Part shown: positions 40,436 to 48,291 of the stretch, in pieces
Layout: the number at the start of each line of letters is the position of its first letter
How positions within the stretch are numbered: the stretch's first letter is position 1
Source: a virus
Lineage: Duplodnaviria; Caudoviricetes
Strand: one strand, 5' to 3'
Length of the DNA stretch: 59,911 nucleotides
Virus record (IMG/VR): IMGVR_UViG_3300024344_000009
Span: 1 to 59,911 of that record
Position numbers and translations under genes: made by a program
The notes under the pieces: generated by a model
Database searches by the model: none
Told to the model about the DNA's origin: nothing
The model's input: the letters and a program-made list of their open reading frames with translations, nothing else

Positions 40436-41537
40436 AAAATTAACAACTAGTGAGTTTATTCAAAAAGCAAATAAAGTTCATAATCACAAATATACTTATC
40501 CTGATGAATATATTAATGTAAAAACTAAAATTAAAATTATTTGTCCAATACATGGTGAATTTTATCAAAGAAGTGATAATCATCTATCTGGTCAAGGCTG
40601 TCCGACATGTAGTACTAAGAAAAAGCTAAAATATAAAGAATTCATCTATCGTTCTAATGCTATACATAACAACCAATATGAATATCCTGATGAATATATC
40701 AATTCATATACTAAAGTTAGAATTATTTGTCCAGTACATGGTGATTTTTTTCAAACACCAAATAAACATTTATCTGGACATGAATGTACTTATTGCAATA
40801 AATCGGCGAAATTAACAAACGAACAATTCATTCAAAAAGCTCATACTATTCATAATAATAAATATGAATATCCTGATGAATACACAAATGCTAGGGCTAA
40901 CATTAGAATAATCTGCCCTATTCATGGTGAATTCTATCAACAATCTAGTTCACATTTATCTAAACATGGTTGCCCGTCATGTAGTAATAAAAATAAGAAT
41001 AAGAATAAGAAACTAACAACCAAAATATTTATTACGCGATCAAGCAAAATTCATAATAACAAATATGATTATCCTAATGAATATATTAATGCTAGAACTA
41101 AAATTAAAGTTATTTGTCCAATACATGGGGAATTTTATCAGCGTTCTAGCTCACATTTAAATGAGAAACAAGGTTGTCAAAAATGTACTTCTTATAAAGG
41201 ATATTCTAAAAAATCAATATCTTGGTTAAACGAAATAGCAAAAAAGGAAAATATTCATATTCACCATGCAGAGAATGGTGGTGAATATTCAATACCAAGA
41301 ACAAAATATAAAGCTGATGGATATTGCGAAGTCAATAATACGATATATGAATTCTATGGTGATTGTTGGCATGGCAATTTGGAATTATATGAAGAAGATG
41401 AACAATGTCATCCATTTTCTGATGAATGTGCCGGTAGCTTATATATAAAAACAATGCAACGTGAACAAATCATAAAAGATTTAGGTTATAATTTAATCAC
41501 TATTTGGGAGCGTGAATATAAATGCCTAAAAAATTAA
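40422..41537 (+). CDS. family A endonuclease, 4 Zn repeats (array copy 3)
   Basis: Repeat + Vsr-like motifs. Confidence 0.8.
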   Translation: MILSKKLTTSEFIQKANKVHNHKYTYPDEYINVKTKIKIICPIHGEFYQRSDNHLSGQGCPTCSTKKKLKYKEFIYRSNAIHNNQYEYPDEYINSYTKVRIICPVHGDFFQTPNKHLSGHECTYCNKSAKLTNEQFIQKAHTIHNNKYEYPDEYTNARANIRIICPIHGEFYQQSSSHLSKHGCPSCSNKNKNKNKKLTTKIFITRSSKIHNNKYDYPNEYINARTKIKVICPIHGEFYQRSSSHLNEKQGCQKCTSYKGYSKKSISWLNEIAKKENIHIHHAENGGEYSIPRTKYKADGYCEVNNTIYEFYGDCWHGNLELYEEDEQCHPFSDECAGSLYIKTMQREQIIKDLGYNLITIWEREYKCLKN

Positions 41538-42454
41538 CAAACAAACAATTTATTGAAAAAGCAAATAAAATTCATAATAACAAATATGAATATCTTGGTG
41601 AATATGTCAATTCCGAAACTAAAATAAAAATTATTTGTCAAATACATGGCGTTTTTTTTCAAACACCACACGGCCATTTATCAGGTAAAGGGTGTAAACA
41701 ATGTGGAAACCAAATAAATTCTGAAAAAAATACATTAAAATTTTCGGAATTTGTTAAAAAAGCTAACCGTATACATAATAATACATATACATATGTAGAT
41801 TATATAAATTATGTTACACCAATACCAATAATATGCTCAATACATGGTGAATTTTTACAAACACCGAAAATGCATTTTAGCGGTCAAGGCTGTAAAAAAT
41901 GCGGGTTTATTAAAACCAAAAATGCATTAACAAAAAACTTTAAGACATTTGAATCAGAAGCAAATGAAGTTCATAATAACAAATATACTTATTTTGATGA
42001 ATATGTTAATGCTCATTCAAAAATAAAAATTATTTGTCAAATACATGGTGAATTTTATCAAAGACCACATGATCACGTATCTCGTAGGCCAACCAGATGC
42101 CCCCAATGTGCCAAATCAAATTATTCACAAAAGGCAATATCTTGGTTAAACAAAATAGCAAAAAAAGAAAATATTTATATTCAACATGCAGAGAACAAAG
42201 GTGAATATTCAATACCACTAACCAAGTATAAAGCTGATGGATACTGTGAAAAAACAAATACAATTTATGAGTTTTACGGTGATAAATTTCACGGAAATTT
42301 AAAATTATTTAACGAAAATGAACAATGTCATCCATTTTCTGATGAATGTGCCGGTAGCTTATATATAAAAACAATGCAACGTGAACAAATCATAAAAGAT
42401 TTAGGTTATAATTTAATCACTATTTGGGAGCGTGAATATAAAGGGGGATGTTAA
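41522..42454 (+). CDS. family A endonuclease, 3 Zn repeats (array copy 4)
   Basis: Repeat + Vsr-like motifs. Confidence 0.8.
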   Translation: MPKKLTNKQFIEKANKIHNNKYEYLGEYVNSETKIKIICQIHGVFFQTPHGHLSGKGCKQCGNQINSEKNTLKFSEFVKKANRIHNNTYTYVDYINYVTPIPIICSIHGEFLQTPKMHFSGQGCKKCGFIKTKNALTKNFKTFESEANEVHNNKYTYFDEYVNAHSKIKIICQIHGEFYQRPHDHVSRRPTRCPQCAKSNYSQKAISWLNKIAKKENIYIQHAENKGEYSIPLTKYKADGYCEKTNTIYEFYGDKFHGNLKLFNENEQCHPFSDECAGSLYIKTMQREQIIKDLGYNLITIWEREYKGGC

Positions 42455-42550
42455 ACATCCCCCTTTCAAAAATATGACACATCCCTGTGTTTCTCACCAT
42501 CCTTTGGAAACTTCCATATTCAATGTTTCCCTACATCTCCAATCCTTTAT
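42436..42550 (-). ncRNA. candidate CsrB/RsmY-like GGA-hairpin RNA in tail tube 3' UTR
   Basis: 7 GGA in ~107 nt, several in hairpin loops including ACACAGGGATGTGT; ends in terminator. Confidence 0.55.
42440..42466. terminator. terminator hairpin between tail tube gene and nuclease array
   Basis: AAAGGGGGATGT/ACATCCCCCTTT stem between convergent genes. Confidence 0.8.
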
Positions 42551-43158
42551 TGATTAGCTCCTGGAACTTTATTAGCATTAGCAGGTCCGCCTAGAGCCAC
42601 GCCTTCGCCTTGGTCATAACCGCCAATAAGTTGTCTTGCATGGTCATAACGCATAGTTAGTGTAATCTGCACTGCTGTACTATCAGAATAATCTAAATCA
42701 GTATAATCAACAGATTGCAACCAACAACCTTCCATAAACCATTGTTCTATGACCTGTTCGTTACCATCTAACATATCTAAAGTAGTAACAAACTTATAAA
42801 GTGAACCTTCACCCCTACTTGCCAAAAATGGACCTTCTGCACCAATCAAGAATTGCTGTGCTTGTACTTGATCTTGTATAACTCGCGTAGCGGTTCCAGT
42901 GACATCATCTTCAACTGTCATTGTCATTTGTTCAAATGTATGCTTACCAGCAATCCATGCTTGTGAATTATAACGATTCAACGGTACTTCTTCAAAAGTA
43001 ATAACTGGGCGTGCAACAGTAACTACTTGCATAGATAATGGTTGTGAATCTACACCGCCACCAATGCTAGCAAATGTTACTCGCCATTTATTCTTTAGTT
43101 TTGGTTGTAAAATCCCGTTACCGACGCCTGGAATCCCAATATCTGTTATGCTTGCCAT
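42547..43158 (-). CDS. gp19: tail tube protein (gp19-like)
   Basis: PKLKNKWRV, RP, YNS..AGKHTF, DD, W..EGCW, LDYS..ITLTMRYD; start 43158 by AGGAGA SD. Confidence 0.88.
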   Translation of the reverse strand: MASITDIGIPGVGNGILQPKLKNKWRVTFASIGGGVDSQPLSMQVVTVARPVITFEEVPLNRYNSQAWIAGKHTFEQMTMTVEDDVTGTATRVIQDQVQAQQFLIGAEGPFLASRGEGSLYKFVTTLDMLDGNEQVIEQWFMEGCWLQSVDYTDLDYSDSTAVQITLTMRYDHARQLIGGYDQGEGVALGGPANANKVPGANQ

Positions 43159-43198
43159 GTTGAACTTTCTCCTTTTTCCATGTTCTAAATATATATAG

Positions 43199-43206
43199 TA
43201 TTTATA
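43199..43206 (-). promoter_or_regulatory. T4-type late promoter of tail tube gene
   Basis: TATAAATA. Confidence 0.75.
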
Positions 43207-43219
43207 ACGGTCACATAAA

Positions 43220-44980
43220 ATGAATGAAAATTTAACAAAACTTATTAAAAAATCTAAAGAATACAAAAAGATAGGTGGGCTGCGGTTTCATCCAGAATAT
43301 CAAGAACTATTACAAAAAACTATGTTTCTTCCTGAAACTGCAAAAATCAGACAAAGAATATGGCATATAGAAAATGAATTATATGGGTCTCCTACATGCA
43401 AAATGTGTAAAAGACGCGTTTCGTGGAACAAAGATGCACTAGAATATAGAACATATTGTGGATCAAAGTGTGCTAATAATGATGACGATATTTTGAATAA
43501 ACGCAAACAAACAGTTTTAGAAAAATATGGCGTGGAATGTATTTCAAAAGCAACATCTATTAAAGAAAAAATCAAAGAAACAAATTTAAAAAAATATGGC
43601 GTTGATAATCCAACCAAAAATAAAAACATATCTGAAAAAGTAAAAAATACACTAAAAGCTACGCACGAAAAACTTGGTAATTCTATTAAAGAAAAAACTG
43701 CAAAAACCAATTTAGAAAGACATGGTGTTACAAATCCTTTCAAATCAGAAAAGATAAAAGATAAAATAAAACAAACTAATTTAAAAAAATATGGCAATGA
43801 AGTTCCCATTCGTACAGAAGAGATAAAAGATAAAATAAAACAAACTAATTTAGAAAAATATGGTGTCGAATGGAACATAATAAGTAAAGAATCACGCATT
43901 AAACAAAAAGAAACCAATTTTAAAAGATACGGAACAGAAAATGTCTTTTTTGACTATTCACAACGCAATATACATTCTTCTACCCTCAAAAAATTGGGCG
44001 ATAAAATATGGCTAGAAAATGAACATGTTAAATTACAAAAGCCCCTAGCACAAATTGCACGTGAACTCGGAGTATGTGGATCTACTGTTGAAAATAGATT
44101 TCATCAATTTAATTTACCGATAAAAAATTATTTTTTTTCACAAGCAGAAAAAGAAATAGGTGACTGGATAAGTACTTTAGGAGTAAAAGTTATTAGAAAT
44201 AGTCGTTCTATAATACCACCAATGGAACTTGATATTTATTGTCCTGATTACAACATAGCAATAGAATATAATGGTTTATTTTGGCATTCTAATAAACCAA
44301 AAAATTATCATTTAGAAAAAACGAAAATGTGTGAACACAATGGAATAAGGGTTATTCATATTTTTGAAGATGAATGGCGTGATCAACAAGATAAATGCAA
44401 AGACACATTAAAACATTTCTTCAACAAAAGTGAAAAGGGTGTATATGCTAGGAAAACTGTTATCAAAGAAATTAAATGGAAAACTGCAAAAAACTTTTTA
44501 AATGCATATCATCTATTAAATGCCGGTGGATGCGGGTCTTATAGAATAGGAGCATATCACAAGGACGAGTTAATTGGTGTTATGGTTTTCGGGAATACAA
44601 CAAGCGAAAATACTAATAAAAATACTATAGAATTAAAACGATTTGTTACTAACAAGAAAAACAATCCTGGTTTGGGATCTAAAATGTTTAAATATGCCAT
44701 AAAACAAAAAAATTATGAAAATGTTATAGCATTTGTAGATAGAAGATGGTTTACAGGACTTGTAAAAGATCATATAGGATTTAATTTGGTTGATGTCACA
44801 AAACCGGCATTATGGTGGACTAATGACAAGAATCGTTTTCATAGAAGATTCATTACAAAACAACATCTTATCGAAAACGGACACGACAATACATTATCAA
44901 AAAAAGATATTCTCAATAAATTGGGGTATAAACAAATATGGGACTGCGGAAAACTTAAATTAATATGGTCAAAATATTAA
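43220..44980 (+). CDS. family B endonuclease: ~6 repeats + HTH + Vsr-like + GNAT/Mom-like
   Basis: YGV repeats, LAQIARELGV, IAIEYNGLFWHS, ELKRF, WDCG. Confidence 0.8.
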   Translation: MNENLTKLIKKSKEYKKIGGLRFHPEYQELLQKTMFLPETAKIRQRIWHIENELYGSPTCKMCKRRVSWNKDALEYRTYCGSKCANNDDDILNKRKQTVLEKYGVECISKATSIKEKIKETNLKKYGVDNPTKNKNISEKVKNTLKATHEKLGNSIKEKTAKTNLERHGVTNPFKSEKIKDKIKQTNLKKYGNEVPIRTEEIKDKIKQTNLEKYGVEWNIISKESRIKQKETNFKRYGTENVFFDYSQRNIHSSTLKKLGDKIWLENEHVKLQKPLAQIARELGVCGSTVENRFHQFNLPIKNYFFSQAEKEIGDWISTLGVKVIRNSRSIIPPMELDIYCPDYNIAIEYNGLFWHSNKPKNYHLEKTKMCEHNGIRVIHIFEDEWRDQQDKCKDTLKHFFNKSEKGVYARKTVIKEIKWKTAKNFLNAYHLLNAGGCGSYRIGAYHKDELIGVMVFGNTTSENTNKNTIELKRFVTNKKNNPGLGSKMFKYAIKQKNYENVIAFVDRRWFTGLVKDHIGFNLVDVTKPALWWTNDKNRFHRRFITKQHLIENGHDNTLSKKDILNKLGYKQIWDCGKLKLIWSKY

Positions 44981-44986
44981 AACAAT

Positions 44987-46006
44987 TTACACCGTATATG
45001 TAAATCGTTTTAAACCACAAGTCCATATCCTGTATATTTCATGATTTATACAATTCTCATATTCGGTTAAAGTTGGGTCAAAATTGGGTAACATTTTTGC
45101 CAAAGCTTTACGCCTAAATCCAAATTTATGGCGTAATTCGCCATTATATATGTAGTAATAATCTGGTTCGAGTTCTTTATCTAATTTAAATCCTGTTTTT
45201 TCATATAACTTACCTTCACTCCATCGTAAATCTGCAAAAGTAATAATTTCTTTTTTTGGATAATTATTAATAAAATATTTTAATAACTTAGAAAAACCAC
45301 CAACAACCTGTTTACTTGAAGCAAATCTATTTAAAACATAATTATTCTTATTATTTACAAACGTTACAAGTGATACAAGTTCATTTTCAAAATATAATCC
45401 CAATGATATAGATCCTAATCCTTTACCTTGTATATGATGTTGATTCATAAAATCATTTTTAATATTAGAATTAACAAGCTTAACATGTGTTTTTCTAGCA
45501 TATATAGGCCGGTCTTTAGTTTTAAAAATTATATGTTTTATTTTTTTCTTTATTAATTCCTTTTTATTTAACCACTCGTTTTCAAATAATGTTATCAATC
45601 TGTAACCATTTTCGTTACATCTATCCAGTTTATATTTGTGATAGATACTTGATTTGCCCTTAAACTCAGTATGCCAATACAATCCACAATATTCTATAGC
45701 CAATTTTTGTGAAGGAATTACAATATCTAATTCTAATGGGTTTATGATTGTTTTATCATTCCTAATAACTTCTACGCCCAATGATTCAATATAATCACCC
45801 AATTCCTTTTCGTCCATAGAAAACATAAAATTTTGTATTCCGTGTGAATGTAAATATCTCTCTACCATATCATAAGATACATTCAATTCTCTCGAAATTT
45901 GTGATAATTGTTTTTCTTGTACTACATGTTCATCATACATCCATTTTTTATCATTTAATTTATCCAAAATATGTTTAGGTATATCTCGTTCATATTTTTC
46001 TTGCAT
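44987..46006 (-). CDS. family B endonuclease lacking repeats (HTH + Vsr-like + GNAT/Mom-like)
   Basis: LSQISRELNV, LAIEYCGLYWH, LNRFA..GGFSKL, WTCG. Confidence 0.78.
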   Translation of the reverse strand: MQEKYERDIPKHILDKLNDKKWMYDEHVVQEKQLSQISRELNVSYDMVERYLHSHGIQNFMFSMDEKELGDYIESLGVEVIRNDKTIINPLELDIVIPSQKLAIEYCGLYWHTEFKGKSSIYHKYKLDRCNENGYRLITLFENEWLNKKELIKKKIKHIIFKTKDRPIYARKTHVKLVNSNIKNDFMNQHHIQGKGLGSISLGLYFENELVSLVTFVNNKNNYVLNRFASSKQVVGGFSKLLKYFINNYPKKEIITFADLRWSEGKLYEKTGFKLDKELEPDYYYIYNGELRHKFGFRRKALAKMLPNFDPTLTEYENCINHEIYRIWTCGLKRFTYTV

Positions 46007-46043
46007 TATTTTTTACCTTTTCTTTAAATAATCCTCATACATC

Positions 46044-46072
46044 ATTATACAAGGATTATTTAGTTAAGTCAA
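46044..46072 (-). promoter_or_regulatory. sigma70-type promoter
   Basis: TTGACT-17-TATAAT. Confidence 0.8.
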
Positions 46073-46139
46073 ATTTATGCCTTTGGTATTATAAATCAAT
46101 ATTGTAGCAGACTTCCGCTAGAGTCTTTATAAATATTAT

Positions 46140-48197
46140 TCAGCCATAAATCCAAACTTGATTACCACAATCATATATTTTTCTAAAACCATTATTATAC
46201 ATATTTTCTGATGCAGTTAAACACGGATCAAAATTTCCTAATATATTTTTTAATTTGTGCTTCTGATATTTTAAACGTGATTCCAATAATAATCCTGTAC
46301 GGTTATGACAATAATACCAATAATTTGGTTTAGATATATGATCCAATTTAAATCCTAATTGTTTATATAAATTACCATTAGATTTTCGCATGTCTGCATA
46401 TGAAATAATTATTCCATTATGACTCCGTTTAAAATATTTGAATAGTTTAGAAGCACCACCAATAACGGAATTATATTTCTTATTGCAATAACGCACAAGC
46501 TCCCAATCCACTTTTTTATTATATCGTGATTTGCCAAATGTCATTATAGACACAAGTTCATTATTATAGTAAAGACCTATTCTAATAGAACTGTTAACCG
46601 AGCCTTGAAGATGATTATCTATAAGAAATTCTTTACTTTCTTTAGACGAGACATGTTTTATTTCACATTTTCTAGCATAAATTTTATTAGATTTGTCTAT
46701 TTTATTTGCAATAATAGACTTCCAAATATCTTGTTTTACTATATCATTCCATTCATTTTCGAAAATATGAAATAATTGTATATTATTATTCAAACACATT
46801 TGTGTTTTTCTTAAATGATAATCACTACGTTCATTTTCAATACAATCCGTCGAATGATAATATAAACCATCGTATTCAATAGCCAAATTATATTCAGGTA
46901 AATAAATATCCAATTCTTTGGGATTTATTATCTTTCTTGTATTTGAAACTACGTTATCAGTCAAAGATTGACAAAACTCAAAAACTTCTTTTTCTGCTAT
47001 TGATCTATTATAAGGATAGCATTTAATACATCTAATATCCTCTTGTCCCACTTTAAATCCTATATTACCACATTTTAGATGCTTGTATTTAAATTTATAT
47101 TCTGTATCTGAAATATATTCGTTTTCTGTAGTTAATAGTTCGTAATCAACAGGAAACGATTTTACTAAAAATTTATAATACTTTCTTTTATTTGTTTCAC
47201 TTGATTTCAAAACAAGTTCTTGAGCTTTAGTTAATCCTGTCTCCGAATTTAATGTATTTAATGTTTCTTTTATTTTCAATCCATTTACTTGATATCCAGT
47301 TAACCCAGTTTTAGGATCTATTTTAGATAAAGTATTTTTAGATTTTAATCCAATCTCTTGAAAACCAGTTAACCCAGTTTTAGGATCTATTTTAGATAAA
47401 GTATTTTTAGATTTTAATCCAATCTCTTGTGCTTTAGTTAATCCTGTTTCCGAATTTAATGTATTTAATACTTCACTTACTTTCAATCCAATCTCTTGAA
47501 AACCAGTTAACCCAGTTTTAGGATCTATTTTAGATAAAACTTTTTCGCGTTTCTTCACGCGGCTTTTAGATATTTCTGGATTATTTAGTAATGTTTTACT
47601 GGTTTTCAATCCAATCTCTTGAAAACCCGTTAACCCAGTTTTAGGATCTATTTTAGATAAAGTATTTTTGGCTTTTAATCCAATCTCTTGTGCTTTAGTT
47701 AGTCCTGTATTATTATTTATAATAGCCTTTGTTTTACGTTGTTTCGCGGAAGATTTTTCATAAATAGATAATCCCTGTGTGTCCTTTATTCTCATAGTTT
47801 TAGAGGCTTTTATAGCACCTTCTTGAGATATAGACAATCCAGTTTTATTAATTTTTTTTTTGGTTAATGATTGTTTTATGCCATTTTTTTGTTGAATAGT
47901 TAAACCGGATTCATCTTTATACTCACTTCTACATTTTAATGAACAAAATCGAATTTTAGCACCATTCTTAGTGATATTTATATCAGTACATGTTTCGCAA
48001 TTAAGACACTTAACCTGTTCAAAAATATCATTTTGTACATACCACAATCTAACTGATAATCTAGGATTGCCAACCAAAAACGAAGTTTCTTTTCTCAATA
48101 AGTCGCCCAAAGGTGAACCTTCTCTACATTTAGAAGATGGTCTTTTGATTTTAATATCAAGAAATAAATTTTTAAGTTCATTTGAATATTTTTTCAT
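46140..48197 (-). CDS. family B endonuclease with different 23-aa repeat (TGLT type, ~10 units)
   Basis: SKIDPKTGLTGFQEIGLKSKNTL repeats; LAIEYDGLYYHS; ELVRY..GGASKL..YDCG. Confidence 0.8.
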   Translation of the reverse strand: MKKYSNELKNLFLDIKIKRPSSKCREGSPLGDLLRKETSFLVGNPRLSVRLWYVQNDIFEQVKCLNCETCTDINITKNGAKIRFCSLKCRSEYKDESGLTIQQKNGIKQSLTKKKINKTGLSISQEGAIKASKTMRIKDTQGLSIYEKSSAKQRKTKAIINNNTGLTKAQEIGLKAKNTLSKIDPKTGLTGFQEIGLKTSKTLLNNPEISKSRVKKREKVLSKIDPKTGLTGFQEIGLKVSEVLNTLNSETGLTKAQEIGLKSKNTLSKIDPKTGLTGFQEIGLKSKNTLSKIDPKTGLTGYQVNGLKIKETLNTLNSETGLTKAQELVLKSSETNKRKYYKFLVKSFPVDYELLTTENEYISDTEYKFKYKHLKCGNIGFKVGQEDIRCIKCYPYNRSIAEKEVFEFCQSLTDNVVSNTRKIINPKELDIYLPEYNLAIEYDGLYYHSTDCIENERSDYHLRKTQMCLNNNIQLFHIFENEWNDIVKQDIWKSIIANKIDKSNKIYARKCEIKHVSSKESKEFLIDNHLQGSVNSSIRIGLYYNNELVSIMTFGKSRYNKKVDWELVRYCNKKYNSVIGGASKLFKYFKRSHNGIIISYADMRKSNGNLYKQLGFKLDHISKPNYWYYCHNRTGLLLESRLKYQKHKLKNILGNFDPCLTASENMYNNGFRKIYDCGNQVWIYG

Positions 48198-48207
48198 ATA
48201 TATATCT

Positions 48208-48235
48208 ATTATAACATATTTCTTAAAAAAAGCAA
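48208..48235 (-). promoter_or_regulatory. sigma70-type promoter
   Basis: TTGCTT-16-TATAAT with extended TG; ATG 10 nt downstream. Confidence 0.65.
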
Positions 48236-48236
48236 T

Positions 48237-48266
48237 AAAAAGCCGATTAAAAAATCGGCTTTTTTT
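48237..48266 (-). terminator. intrinsic terminator after tail sheath gene
   Basis: AAAAAGCCGATT/AATCGGCTTTTT with T runs on both strands. Confidence 0.85.
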
Positions 48267-48291
48267 ACTTATAAAACAATATTATAAAAAA

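Noticed and set aside
37863-42454. Diversity-generating retroelement as the source of variability
   Set aside because: No reverse transcriptase or non-coding template in the window; changes not limited to adenines
46109-46126. AGACT/AGTCT hairpin between two nuclease genes
   Set aside because: Short stem without U tract; too weak to call
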